Shown piece by piece: positions 25,437 through 41,303 of a DNA stretch of 64,000 nucleotides (position 1 is the first letter of the stretch; each line of letters opens with the position of its first letter). The stretch spans positions 11,532,001 to 11,596,000 of the forward strand of contig OZ059898.1 in the NCBI GenBank assembly GCA_964057225.1. The letters are read 5' to 3'. Under the pieces are notes generated by a model. That model did not search any database. It saw nothing but the letters and a program-made list of their open reading frames with translations, and was not told where the DNA came from. The position numbers were made by a program, and so were the translations under genes. This DNA comes from Auanema rhodensis (lineage: Eukaryota > Animalia > Nematoda).

Positions 25437-26609
25437 AGACAGTTGTGTCCATTGGCAGTCTTTGATTCGGAAGCCACTGACGACTCGTCGTTCCAGCCAC
25501 GAAATTCTCGCACGCACCCCACACCACAGTAGCATTACCCCTCCCATCATTGGACATTTATTCATGCGCTATCGTCATTAAAATATTTTTTTGTTCCCTT
25601 TTAAGAAAATGATTTTATGACGATTTTCCCTTACTCATGATCAGTAGTAGATTGGAATTTCAAGATTATAATTTGAAGAGAGGATCCGTAGCATGCGATA
25701 GTCATTGAAGGCATGTTGGCCATGTGGTGTTGTAAAACAATTTCCAGTCCAGTGGGCAGTGCATAGCATCAGAGAAAGTACCGAGAATGATTAATGTATT
25801 CTTCCTCAAATTCAATGTCATAGACTCACTCGTGTATGTTTCAACATTCATAAGCATAACTTGGTCAGAATAATCTTTTTTGTTCCTGATGATGATCATC
25901 AATCAATTTTCCTCCAATTCGATTCAGCCCTGTTCGACCACATGCTTTACAACCTGATCATAGTATACCTTTGAACTTTTTTTTTATTTGTAAAAATGGC
26001 CTATAATTTGATATTACTAATCATCTTAGCATCACCATCATAATCACCGTTTCAACATTTTTGTCCAACAAATTGGTAATAGCCATTCGAAGATTGGCCT
26101 TGACTGGACGTTTGGTGATGACCCTAACAATCTGTATTAAGGTGAAACGATAAAAAAGAAAAGCTTTTCGGCACTATTCGAGATTAATGTTTGAAAAACA
26201 ATTTTTTTTTATAATTCACATTCACATTTCAATAGATATAATATATAATTATATGTTTATATGTATATAGTTTAATTTAAACTTTGATTTTAGAAAATAA
26301 AAATGAGACACATGTAAAACATATGTTTCTTTACTAATTATGTGTTTTATCTAATAATTATAAGCCTCAATTTAGAAATATTCTGTTTATAAATATAAAA
26401 ACTTGCAACTTAGAATTATATATTATTATTGTTTTTATTGATTTTTAATGATATAATGAATTATTGCATTAAATTTGTATTTTTTAAATTTTTATTATAA
26501 TTAAATAATTATAAAAAATTTTCTTTTTTCTTTTTACATATTTGTTTTTAAAAATAAATGTTTACTATATTATAATAATAGCAATGTAAAATATTCTCCA
26601 AGTTCAAAG

Positions 26610-26632
26610 TTTCACGTGAAATCACGTGAAAA
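26610..26632. promoter_or_regulatory. Tandem palindromic TCACGTGA E-boxes
   Basis: TTTCACGTGAAATCACGTGAAAA, ~45 bp upstream of the phosphatase ATG. Confidence 0.5.
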
Positions 26633-26675
26633 TATTTCTGCTCTAATTCCATTTCTTGATGTCTCGGTAAGACTA

Positions 26676-28283
26676 ATGGTTGAACGAGATCCACAAAAAG
26701 TCAAAAAGTATGAAGAATTTCTGAAACGGCATATGGTTATTAACAATACACTGAATGATCAACAGGTTCATCCATTTTTTTTTTAAATTTGTTTATATAA
26801 AATTTAAAAAAATTAAAACAAAAGTTTTTCAAAAACAAAAAGAAAATTTGTAGATTTCTTATGAACGTGATGAAATAATTAATTTATGTAATGATGTATT
26901 GCCTCTAATCAAGAAAGATGAAATGTTAGCTGTTATGAGTCCTCCGATTGTAGTTGTTGGAGATATACATGGCCAAGTTAGTTGCTTCTATTCTGAATCA
27001 TATAAATCATTTTCAATATTAAATTTGTTTTATTTAAGTATTTTGATCTTTTACGATTATTTTCTTTATTTACAAAAGATTCTGTTCATGGAATCTATAA
27101 TATGAAGGTTTATAATACTTTATTATACAATATAATTATTATTTTCTTGTTTTAGTATGTTTTTCTTGGTGATTATGTTGATAGAGGAAGTCGATCAATT
27201 GAATGTTTATCTCTCATACTAACCTTAAAATTTCTTTTTCCAACTAAGGTTCTAATCAAATTTACAATTAAAATTATTTAAAGAATTAAGTATACCTTAC
27301 TGAGAGGCAATCATGAAACTCGTAGTATTAATCGTTTTTATGGATTTTTTGATGAAATATCAGCTCGATTTCCCGTTGAGGTATTATATTATTGTTTTGA
27401 ATACTTTAATTACATTCTGAATCACATGATTAAGGCAGATGCAGTGATGATTTGGACAGCTTTTAATGAAGTTTTTGATTGGATGCCTATTGCTGGTTTA
27501 ATTGGTAAGAAAGTTCTATGTATGCATGGTGGCTTATCACCTCTGCTAACTTCACTCGATGATATTCGTCAGGTTATTTCATATTTAGTTATATCTTTCT
27601 TAATTACTTTTAACATACATGTCCGGCTTAAGATCAATTCTTTCTTACTTTTCAGTTACCTCGTCCATTGGTTGATCCGAGTTATAACCCTTTAGCATTA
27701 GATATTCTATGGGCTGATCCTGCTCCAAACTTCAAAGGGTAATCAAAGAGCAACCAGGTGACATTTCGTGAATTATGAATTTCAGATTTGCACAAAACGT
27801 TAACAGAGGAATATCATGCATATTTGGAGATGATGTAATCAAGAAAACCTGTAAACGATTAAAAATCAATTTAATTGTTCGAGCTCACCAGGTCTTTCCC
27901 CATATTATGACGTCAGAATTATGTGTAACATATTATAATTAGGTTATGATGGGAGGCTACTCGTTCTTTGCTCAAAAGCAATTGGTCACTGTTTTTTCGG
28001 CTCCACGATATCAAGCTGAGGTGCTTGCACGCTACCAAACACTTCCTCATCCATCTGTTTTCAGGCGAATAGAGGAGCCGTTATGGTTATAAACAAAGAT
28101 GGAAAATACACTTTCAAGCTGTTGAATCCACGAGATCCTCCTGAACCAGTAGCAGCAATAGCATCAGCTGAACCAAAGACAGAAGTAACTCAAGGAAAGA
28201 CAACAATTACATGTGATGCAAGTATATCAAAAACAACTGTAACTCCAACTACAAGTACACCTCCAACAAAAAATGAAAAATAG
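26676..28283 (+). CDS. PPP-family Ser/Thr protein phosphatase (divergent PP1-like, nematode-expanded type)
   Basis: Ten exons giving GDIHGQ, GDYVDRG, LRGNHE, CMHGGLSP, DILWADP, IVRAHQ and VTVFSAPRY motifs, plus a T/P-rich C-terminal tail. Confidence 0.93.
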
Positions 28284-29840
28284 CAGATTGTTTATCATAT
28301 CTTATTTATAATTAATAATTATTAATTTGTATATGTTTCATCTAAAACAAGAAGCAATTTTATTTTTCATCTTATTATTGATTAATTGAAAAATTTTAAA
28401 TATGATTGTTGTGTTTTTCTCATAAGATTGAAACTCATGTAAACTCATGTAGCTTCAAGAATGTTCAGAATATATTTCGAAATATTGAAGAAAATAAAAA
28501 TTTATATCTTTCTTTCTTAATTTAATTTATAAATCTATTTATATACATAAGCGAGTTTATGTAATGAAAGTACGTATGTGGTCATATCTCTTCATATCAA
28601 AATATTTATAAATTCGCAACTTGTATTTGTAATTTTCTTTCTTCAACAGTTTTCTTTTTCATTCTGCTAAATGTAATTATCTATTTATAGGTGTAAACTG
28701 ATATTATTCCTATTTTTGACAATAAAGTTTTGATTACTAATATTACTACCGTATCAAAAATATTTACGAAAATACAATTTTTTGCTTGCTAGAGCTCCGT
28801 TAAACGAACTTGATTTTAACATTAACAAAACCTTTTTTTAAGTTTTATTTACTTCAATTTACTTTAAAAATTCAAATTATCATTGAATTATTTTCGTATG
28901 TATGATAAGAAACATCATTTTGGATGTAGGCTTATGATTAGAAAGCTGTTTGTATTGGATAAGCTTCATCGTTAAAAGCAACCAGACGAAGCTTTTTGAT
29001 CTCTGTTGATCACTACTAAGATTAAAATGAAAAGAAAACATTTTTGATTTCTCAATTTTATGCTCTTAATGAGCTCATTATAGTATTCAATCAAAAAGCT
29101 TTTGCTCATGTTTGATTACAACAATAATTTGAAAGCCAAGAGGTTGATGTTCAATCTGATTCAACACCTACCCCTCTTAAGTGCTCATTTAATATGCGTA
29201 GTCATTATACAATATCACAAACTACATAGTATTTAATCGAATAAAATATTTTTTATTTGTATATTTGTGGGTTGATCAGAAAATTTTTTTAGATTTTCAA
29301 TGCTCTAGCCTACGTAATCATATGCTGGCTTACTGGGTAATCAAATCCTATCATTCTATCAGCTTTTCCCTTTCTCTCTCTCTCTCTCTTTTCATCACTA
29401 GGTTATCCTTTGTAATATCTTTAGCTTAGCAACAACAGTCTTCTAACTAATCTTATTGCAATGTTTTATATGGTTTTCGGATGGAAAACTAATCATATAA
29501 ACTGATAATCTAAATCTGGACATAAATTTCATTAGTAATAGGAACTCCAGGCCAGAAAAACTCAACTCAGCTGGCTAGCTAGCCCTTCGTATTAACGTCT
29601 CATAGAATAATATGAATATGAATGTCCAGCCTACTAATTTTCGGGCACATATATGGTTATTAAAGCTTTCTTTCAACGTGTTTCAACTGAACATTTTTAA
29701 AATTTCTAATGCTTGAACAATGAAAATCTTGCTTCAAATCTTTTTTTTTTCATAAATTTTCTTATTATATGTCTTGATCTATAATATATAGATAGATATA
29801 TATAATATGTATGTATGTATTCATTTTTTAATATTAAGGT

Positions 29841-31318
29841 ATGACTGCAAAACTTGAATGCTATTTCAATCCCTATCCTGCATATTATATTTATTCTTTA
29901 TATGGTCTCGGGTGCATTTCAACTCCAATCAGTATCTTTGGAATGTATTGTATCTTAAAAAAAGTAATTATATTCACTAATTATGCAGATTATATGACTC
30001 ATTTCAGACACCGTCACATCTTAAAGATTATAGAAAAACCTTATTAGTTTATGAAGTATCTGTGTCATGCTTAGATTTTTTTATTTCCTTCATATGCACT
30101 CCAGTTATATTTTTACCTTTTCCATTAGGATATGAGGCTGGACTAGTATCATTATTCGGAGTTGAATCCATGGTATAAACTTGAAGTTTTTATTGAGAAA
30201 TCCTGACGAAAACAACAAAATTTTAGATATTATTGGCTGTACTTTTAATTATTTTAATCCAAGCATTTTGTGGTGTACTTCAACTATTTCACTACCGTTT
30301 GATGGTCATTTTACCACCTAACAGTAGATTCAGGGTAAATTATTGTCTCAAAAGGCTATTTTCAATTATATTTTCGTATTCAGTGGAAAAAAGGAACTGT
30401 GATTGCTATGCGATTTGTCATTAGTTTTATCTCGATCGCACCTATTTGTGCTTTACTTTTATTTTATCCAGAAACTGATCGTGAAGCTAACATTGCTGCT
30501 CTAAAAGAGGTAAATTTGGATTTAAGATCTCAGATTATATTTTTGATTTAATTATTTTCAGAAATATACATGTGTAGAAACTTTACTAAATTTTCCACCA
30601 ATGCGTATAACCGATTCAAAGTTATCCAGGATTATGTATCTGTATGTCGGAGTCGTAGGTATTGAGAGAGTTATTTTGAATTTGTGTTCATCATCTAGTA
30701 TTAAGGTTTGAGTTTATGGGTTATTGGCTTATCTTTAGCATTAAAAACTCATTTCTTGATGAAAAACATGCATGCCATATCAGAAAAGACGTTACAACTC
30801 CAGCATAAGTTCCAAAAAGCATTAATCATACAGGTATGTTCTATAATAATAGTTGATTAGAAAATAAATAAAATTATAATTTAAACATTTGGCATTCATC
30901 GAATTCTAATCATAAAATGTATTTTTAGACACTTATACCAGTTATTATTATTATTATTCCTGGTTGGGCTATGATTATTGTATTTCTTACGGACGATATA
31001 GCACCACAATGTTAGTTGAATCATTCATATTTACAAATTTCTTGAAAAATAAAAATAGAAAAATAAGAAAATACAGTACATTCTTTACGTTCATGTATTT
31101 CAGATTGTACAAACCTGTTCATGGCTTCTTTAGCTGTTCATGGATTATCCGGAAATATTGCTATGATCTTATTCAACACAGAATATTTAAGATTTGCCAG
31201 ATTAACACTGCATCGAATATTTGGTTTTGTGAGTAAGCCACGTGATCAAAGTACAATGAGTTCAATAGCACCGCCTAAAGAAGCATTTGCCACAAACTGT
31301 AAGTTCAAACAATCATAA
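29841..31318 (+). CDS. Serpentine 7TM chemoreceptor, srh-like (Str superfamily)
   Basis: ISTPISIFGMYCILKK|TPSHLKDYRK, TP.IFLP.PLGY..G, LFHYR, SEKTLQLQHKFQKALIIQ and HGLSGNIAMILFNTEY. Seven hydrophobic segments across short GT-AG introns. Confidence 0.88.
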
Positions 31319-32213
31319 CTTAGATAAAACATCTTCATTTCATTGTAACTTTATAAAAATAATTATTTTCAGAGAAAAAGAGAATAATACAGAGGTTGTA
31401 TTGCCAAGTTTATTGAATATAACAAGATTAATATTAACAATATCTTTTTATTACTTAAAAGATATTCTATTATGCAGTTATAATTGTATATTAATCAGAT
31501 TAAAGCTTTTCAAATTGCAAAATTCAAATGAACATTGAAGCTTAAATCAGCCAGAAAACTAAATTAAATGAATATAAAGCACTTTGTTAACTTTTTTCTA
31601 CAAATGTTCATAGAAAAGTATAGCAAATGTATAAAGAATCAATTTGTCTTTAAACATTTACAATTCTTTTTTGAAGTTATATCATTTTTGGTTATATATT
31701 ATATGGCTTATATAGAGATTGTGAAGACGTTTGTTTTTCAAATTTAGTTGTTAATTTTCTTTTATTATATTGTTTATTACATTGTTTTATATGTATAGAG
31801 GTCACTGTTTTCTTATCATAAAGATGAGTTAAAGAGAAACGAATATGAGTATTCGAAGCATGAAAGCATGAAAGCATGCAAATTGAAGTACTAGATGTAG
31901 TACGTAAGAAATAGAAAATCTAATTTAGAAAATGAAAAAAAAACTTTTTTTATTCTTTTGATCAAAAAAACAATTTATATACATACATATGTATATATCG
32001 ATTTATTAATTAAGTTTTATTTTTAATTATTTAATTATAACAAATAAATTAAATGAACGGCTTAATCTGATTTAGTTGAGTTCTTCATAATATTATCATA
32101 CATGACGATGTTGCACAGTTGAACTTACTTAACATTTGAAGTTGACACGCATAAGTATGTATATGGTTGAACGTATTTCACAACTTATTCTCTTCAAAAA
32201 AAAAGTTTTTTCA

Positions 32214-33041
32214 GTATTCAGCATAAACATACAGCTTTTAATCATTGTTATCTGTTGGCATGTATGCATGTTGTAAAATAGAGAATATCGTGATATTCTT
32301 CTCTTATACCATATCTTCGTTTCAATATCTGACTTTCTGTTATCTTTAGTCACAACACCCATAAGTGACAATAGGTCGTCTTGCATATTATCTGAATTTT
32401 CCGAAAAGAGTCACTTTCAGCTAAATGTTACTATTTGTCTCTTATTTGCAAAATAGTTCTCAATAATGACGTTCATATGTTTGTTGATAACTTTTATAGC
32501 TGAAATCACTTCTTTATTCCATTATCGCTTTATAGTTGTTGTATATGGTGTTGGGCTTGTTAGTTTTTTTTTTTTAAGAAAAAATTATTTTTTGAAATTA
32601 GCAAAACAAATTTTTAGAATGCTCATATATAGAAAAGTATTGTTTTGCGTTTAACATGTATCGCATAACATCTTCTATAATTATAATATTTACTGTGCCC
32701 AACAAGCATGACTTTCTTGACCTCTACACAAATTTTTATCAACTCATACTACACACAAACAAAAGAAATTTCAGCGAACAATAATTTTACAAGTAATCTT
32801 TTCAAAAATCATTCTCCAAGACAAATATTCGAAAACGTTTGTGTTCAAATCATTGTAGTCTAAGAGACGAACGCAAGCGGTCGCATTCTAATATTTCGAA
32901 TTTTTCAGTTTTTTACCATTCTGTGCTATTATAGCAACTATAGTTGCATGTGTAAGGTACTTTCATCGAACTTATCCAATAAAAGTCTCCACTAAATCTT
33001 CTTCTAAAATAATAATCAGCCTATACTATATCAAAGAATAA
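32214..33041 (+). pseudogene. Decayed srh-like chemoreceptor remnant
   Basis: Fragments EYRDILLLYHIFVSISDFLLSLVTTPI, ICLLITFIAEITSLFHYRFIVV and FLPFCAIIATIVACVRYF...VSTKS parallel TM2, TM3 and TM5 of the neighbouring srh gene. No intact spliced ORF could be built because of in-frame stops and missing TM6-7. Confidence 0.5.
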
Positions 33042-33397
33042 TTGTAATATCTATTAATGTTCATTCCTTAAATCATTGTAGTCACTATATTTAAACAAAT
33101 AAAAAATCAGTTAGGAATGCTTTAAATTAATTGCGAACATCGTAAAGAACAATTGTAAATTCATTCTCAATATAAGGCATCGTTATTGAACATAGCGCTA
33201 CAGTACAGCTAGAAGTACTCCAGTGAATAAAAAAAAACTGAATTTATATACAATTCTCCATATATACTGCCAGTATTTAAGTAATCAGAGAACTGGATAG
33301 TTAATCTGTAATCTCCAAGCGAAAAATTAAAAGACGTGAAAAGTATGAGTAAAAAAGGTTGTTTATCAAAACCGCTTAAAGATTGTATCAAACATAA

Positions 33398-35801
<2,404 letters not shown>

Positions 35802-36023
35802 CCTAAAGATATTGTATTATATTAACCACCTGAGGGTACTATTAGTCTTTTTTATCATAAATACGTTGCTAGAACATAATAAAAATAAAATAAAATGTGT
35901 ATATAATCAATTGCTATCAAATAATGTTAAACTTATTCTTTAAAAAAAGCAATTTTAGCTTGAAAAAGTATAAAAATAGTAAGAGCAAACGAATGATATA
36001 TGGAAAAGTGATTCGGCACATGG

Positions 36024-36096
36024 TTTAAAATCGCTCTGTTCGCGCGGGAACCTTTACGAGTATTTACGTACGAAATCTATGCCGTTTGCGCGAAAA
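36024..36096. promoter_or_regulatory. Bidirectional promoter with E2F/DREAM-type motifs
   Basis: TTCGCGCGGGAA (36039-36050), TTTGCGCGAAAA (36085-36096) and a CHR-like TTTAAA (36024-36029) lie between the divergent plk and microprotein starts, which are 510 bp apart. Confidence 0.6.
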
Positions 36097-36310
36097 TACA
36101 AATATCTTTTTTAACAGCCACTACCTTACTTCATACTATTAACTTAAAATTATTGTGATAATTAATAAATTATGTGAAAATTATAAAAACTATTCATTCA
36201 AAATCACAGGATACGCTCTTGTGTATATCAGCGCCTAAAAATTCTCAATTTCTTTATCATTTTTGTTATTTTCTTAATTTTATTAGTTTATATCTTACCC
36301 TTTTCAGTTA

Positions 36311-36527
36311 ATGGCAGTTGGTGGGGTTTGGTACCATTTGCGAAAACGTTTCCCAGTTTATGTTTGGCCAGTGTTAGCTGGAGGTGAATTTGCAATCTAC
36401 GCGTGAAACTTTAATGCCTTTCTTGTTTTCAGGTTTAATTTTTGTTGACTGGAATCATACTAGGCAATGGAAAGCAAACGGGAAACAATCTGTACTCGAT
36501 AAAGAAATTTTTGGAAAGGACGCTTAA
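36311..36527 (+). CDS. 55-aa single-TM microprotein, 2 exons
   Basis: TTTTCAG acceptor 3 nt before the ATG. Exons 36311-36383 and 36433-36527 are separated by a GTGAAT..TTTTCAG intron. Product MAVGGVWYHLRKRFPVYVWPVLAGGLIFVDWNHTRQWKANGKQSVLDKEIFGKDA*, followed by T-rich 3'UTR-like sequence. Confidence 0.8.
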
Positions 36528-37115
36528 GCCCTATAGTGTTTTTATAGTTCCATTAGTTTTCTTCCAATTTTTTAATTAGTATGATTGACTATGAAAGATA
36601 TTTATTAGACCCTCTATTTTGTCATGTTTATCAGTTTGGTTCTAAACCTTTGGTTATACTGTTTTATTTTATTAAATATCCGTTCGAACTCAAGCTAAGC
36701 AGAATATGATCCGCAATGTTGATCAGAGGTGACAGTGATTTACAGCAAAATAGATTCTAGTTAAAATAGTTGAAACTGCGCATTAACTCATATTTTTGTT
36801 TTGCGTGTGGTTTGTTTTGTTCTTTATGTATCTTTGTGATATTAATTAAGTTTGATGTGTCAATGATTTTATCTTCTTGAAATTTTGAACTTTATTTGAA
36901 TAGGCGTTGTTGATTTAATAACTCATGTAATATTCTTTTTTTTTTGTAATTTATTTGTCTTACTATTCGAAGACTAGTAAATCAGTCGTCAAGATTATTG
37001 TATTAATAAACAAATAAACATAACAGTAAACACGCCCTTGCGTACTGCGTACAAAACTCGAATTATGTGAACACACCCATTCAAGTTGTTACAGATGTGC
37101 TAAGTTGAACCCAAG

Positions 37116-37336
37116 ATGAAATGGTATTGCTTTCTGTTTTGGTTCTTCTTCAGGCTCACTTTGGCATGTCTGGCTCATTTCAATTGGTGAGTTAGCTATG
37201 ATTGTTTTTTTCGTTTATTTCGATTTTAGGGCTATGGCCGTTTATACAAATTGTATATATTTTCCATTATGGAAAAGTTATGACTTGTTATGGTTTTGGA
37301 TGCACCTTATATTATGCTCTTGTTTTCCCCAATTGA
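37116..37336 (+). CDS. Possible small hydrophobic, Cys/aromatic-rich peptide (2 exons)
   Basis: A 43-nt GTGAGT..TTTTAG intron (37187-37229) joins MKWYCFLFWFFFRLTLACLAHFNW and AMAVYTNCIYFHYGKVMTCYGFGCTLYYALVFPN*. No recognised homology. Confidence 0.3.
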
Positions 37337-37511
37337 GAAGAGAGAATTATCTTATAGGTGAATAACACCAAATATCAATTTTAATTTAATTTTTGTAGTT
37401 TGGACAAACATAATTTTTAAAAAATTTACAAAATATCAAAATATGAATTTCAAGGTTTGTAATTGAAAATTAAGTTTAAGTAAATGTTTAAAATTTCAGC
37501 AAATTTATCTC

Positions 37512-39189
37512 ATGTTGTATGGTTCAAGTTCGAAATATACAAAAGCGGAAAGAAGTTTGCAACGAATGGAAACAATAGAAAGAAAAGAACGGGAAAGTAG
37601 AAGAGTCAGAAAAAGTTTTTATCAATTTAGTATTGTATTCATTTCTGTTATGTTTCAGTAACACAGGGAAATTCTTCAAGTGACGAAGACGAGCCTCCAA
37701 ACAAAGCACCTTATGAGTAAGTTTCTATTTTATGTTTAAGTTGTATTATGTTCAATTCAGTACCAAACTTATTCAAACTATACCTGAAATATGTGTCGAG
37801 GAAGGGAATAGCGGAGATGAACTCATAACAGATTGTAATGGTATGCTCATGTTCCAGTACTATATATGATTTTTTCTTTTCAGTTGATCCTCCCATTGCA
37901 CCACCTAGGCGTAATCAACGGTCTCCATTACCGAATGTTTCCTTTCGTTAGTATTTTACTATTTTGTCCTCTTTATCAGATGTTTTGCAGGAAAACAGGA
38001 TTCTTCTAGTGGTAACGACCCTGTTGAAAAAGTTTCAATCGATTTGGGTGCTGAAGAAGGTTTTCTATAATCCTATTCCATATTCATATAGCAAATTTTC
38101 CTAGAATCTGGAGAAAGTGGAAATGATTCAGATTCTAGTACAAGTAAATGGATTAAGCGGGTACCTGATGTAATTAGAAATAGGTTTATTTGTATTATAA
38201 GTGTATAATTGTTATTTTCTTTAAAGGTTCCGGAAAAATCCCAATTCCCCAGCTAGTGTCTCCAAAGTTCCAACTGAAGATGCTACATCTGAAACCAGTA
38301 GTATATCAGCTTGGAGTCGTATTCGTGGAATTGTTCCTAATCCTTTAAAATTCAATAGATCGAATAGTAATGGCTCTACACCGAACGGTTGGTGTTTCAA
38401 AAGTTTTAAAAGTTTCCTTATTTCTTTAATTTTTAAGAAATTGATGTGTTGCGTCCTGATTTCACCAATACATATGATTGTAAAGATCCTAAAAAAGCTG
38501 CTCAAAGAGCGAAACGTGATAAAAAAGAATTAACTAAACGTGTTCGTTCTCGTATAAAAGCGGAGTTAAGGGTTGAAGCAGAAAAGGAAAATAGGTTAGC
38601 ATTGTTTGTTTTGTTGTATAGTTAAAAGTTACAATTTGAGACGTAAAAAGGTAACGGATTCTATTGAGCTCCTCTTGCAATTGCTAAGAATGATGGCTTC
38701 TTTCATGATATTAGTAAGCTTATTAAATCATCGAGATATATTCATTGTATATTTGATTTAGATTGGTAATATTCGCAAAACTTTCATTCCTGCACAGTTC
38801 AGATACTTAAAACCTGGACAACATCCATATGACAATTATGAACTTTTGCTTGTGTTTAGGTCAGAAAACATAATTTTCGAATATCTGAATATTATTTTTT
38901 CAGGGTTACAACATTTTTAGATATTTCTATGTTTTGGACAAATATGATGTGGGTGTACTGTCTTCAGTGGCATCTATGTATCCGACTTGGATTTTTCAGA
39001 TTTTGGGCTTGGCTTTCACTTCTTGTTACGGTAAAAAAGTTTATTTAATATCTTTTGTATTTGTTAATCTTTAAGATTGCTTTGGTTGTTATGATTATTC
39101 CTATGGCATATGCTATGGACCAAATGGACTTAAGTTGGTGTGTTTTCTTACCCGAAAGTCCTCTTCACAAGTATCAACCTACATGGTAG
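37512..39189 (+). CDS. Uncharacterised membrane protein: long S/E-rich disordered N-terminus, basic coiled coil, 3-4 C-terminal TM helices
   Basis: About 12 exons join in frame via short GT-AG introns. The C-terminus reads IELLLQLLRMMASFMILIGNIRKTFIPAQFRYLKPG...FLDISMFWTNMMWVYCLQWHLC...FWAWLSLLVTIALVVMIIPMAYAMDQMDLSWC...QPTW*. Confidence 0.75.
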
Positions 39190-39448
39190 TTGAATATTCA
39201 AAATATTTTTATAACAGTGATAATAATTTTATTTCAAACAGTCATATATGCTACTTAGCTTGCCTATAGAATTTTAGTTTTGTAATTTGAATATGGAAAA
39301 ATGATATCGTAAATGGCATAATATGATTGGTGCTTTTAACGTTTAACGTTGTAAAATTAATGAAAATGTTTTATTTTTGTACATACATTAATATACTTCT
39401 ATAATTTGAATAAATATTCTTTAATATACTCTGTGATTTTTTTTGTAA

Positions 39449-41303
39449 TTAATGAATCATATGGCCTACTCCTCCTCGATTACTGAGGGCTTTATTGAAG
39501 TATACAGGCCTTTTCATATTCGCTAACGTCCTAAGATCCATAATTGGTGTTACTCCAGATGGCTAAAATGATAGATAATCAAAGAAACCATTCAAAATGA
39601 TTATTGAACATGACTTACCGATGTTTCGATCGGATCTTCCCTTGGATGAAGAATGGGACCAGCTGATTTATCTCGTTCTAGTTTTTTCTTCACTCCTCCC
39701 CTGAAATTGAAAGGATATCGATCAATCATGTTCTTGCAATTTCTTTTTGAACAAACTTAGTTCTACTGCTACTTTCTCTTTCATTCTGTAGAAATCTGCC
39801 GCTCTTCTGCTCAGGTCGTGAACGACTTCTAGTTGCAGGAGATCCACATGAGCTAGAACTTGATGTTCCTCGAATCTGTAATACAGCATGTGTACAAAAC
39901 CCAAGAGAAGAAAAAGGTATTTTTACTCCAGAAAGTATAAAAGAGCCATTATCACTATCGCTTTGTCGATTTGCATCTCTGGTACATAATTCGTAAAAAT
40001 GATCTTCTCGACTCGCCGACTTTGACCGGTTCCACCTCGCTGCAGCTATGGGCGGAGGGGAGGGTGCCTTCATTGACTGCAAAAAAAAAAAAAGAAATAT
40101 ACTAAAATAGAATGATCAAATAGTATTACAGGTTGCGATAGGCTAGAAGAGGTTGAAGGATTTGATCTTAAAGAATTCGCAGAAATCATTGACATCATTT
40201 CAATTGCGATTACATGTATCAGGCAGATCCAGAGTGGTGTATCCAATGGTGGCGATGTAGTATTGAACTATAAAACTATTTATTAGAAAATAAATAAAAA
40301 TGAAAATCAACCGGGTGTTGCGTTAGTTAAAATGAAAATGAACTGTTTATTCTAATTTTGAGAATGCGTTGACACCTATCAAGGTCATTAAACTTAATTG
40401 TATTCAAATTAAATAAATGAAATAAAAATAATATTTAAATATTCTTTGTTAAATGAAATCCATATAAATAATTTTAAATGCAAAAGAATAAGTAGTCACC
40501 TGAATGCGCATGATGGCTTTTCGCTTTAGTCTATGAGAATCATTCGCTAACGGTCCTGATAACGAGTTCTTAAATCGCCTCAAATCGAAAATCTGAATAA
40601 AAAATGAAATAAAAGTTGAATAAAATTAATTTTATACCTTTTCAGGTCGTTTATCTACAATATAATTAACACCTTGACTACTAACTATAACTTTTTTTCC
40701 AGAATAATTTGTTAAATGAACATTTCCAAATGAATCAACTGACAATTCTAATCCCTAAAAAATGAAATTATTTAAAGTTTTTGAATTATATATATATAAT
40801 ATGTACTTTACTCATAGTTAGAATCATCATCTCTGTTGCTGGATCTCGAAAAGGATTTCTAAAACGACGTAATCCAATTCTGAAATATACATATTTTGAA
40901 TAAATTAATAGAAATATCAGTTTTATCTACTTGTATCCATCGAACTCGTGAGTAGAACCATCGATGCTAAGTTTTTGAGATCGTATATAAGCCTGTAAGA
41001 TAGAAGTACAACTCGAAAAATGATTTTTAGTTAGTTCTTACTTTTGCTGTTCTAGTACCTTTCTCCATAACAATAAGCTTTGCCCAAATTTCATTATCGA
41101 TATCATGAATTTTATTGTCAATTTCCAACAAGTTATCCTGAATATATAGGAGAATTATGAATCTGTTAAACAATTTGTGAACTAACTTCCTCAAAACGAT
41201 CCATATCCGTCCAGTTAGCAATCATTCGAGCTTCACGTGGATTATTAGATATAGAAGCTGGTTCACTTAGCATGCGATCAATAAGTTCCGAACGAAGCAC
41301 CAT
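39449..41303 (-). CDS. Expansion/Rebuf-like atypical MH2-domain (Smad-like) protein
   Basis: IWAKLIVMEKGTRTAKAYIRSQKLSIDGSTHEFDGYKIGLRRFRNPFRD...IFDLRRFK...PLWICLIHVIAIEM matches my recollection of the Expansion-type MH2 signature. It has no MH1 domain and a low-complexity C-terminus ending ..GHMIH*. Confidence 0.8.
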
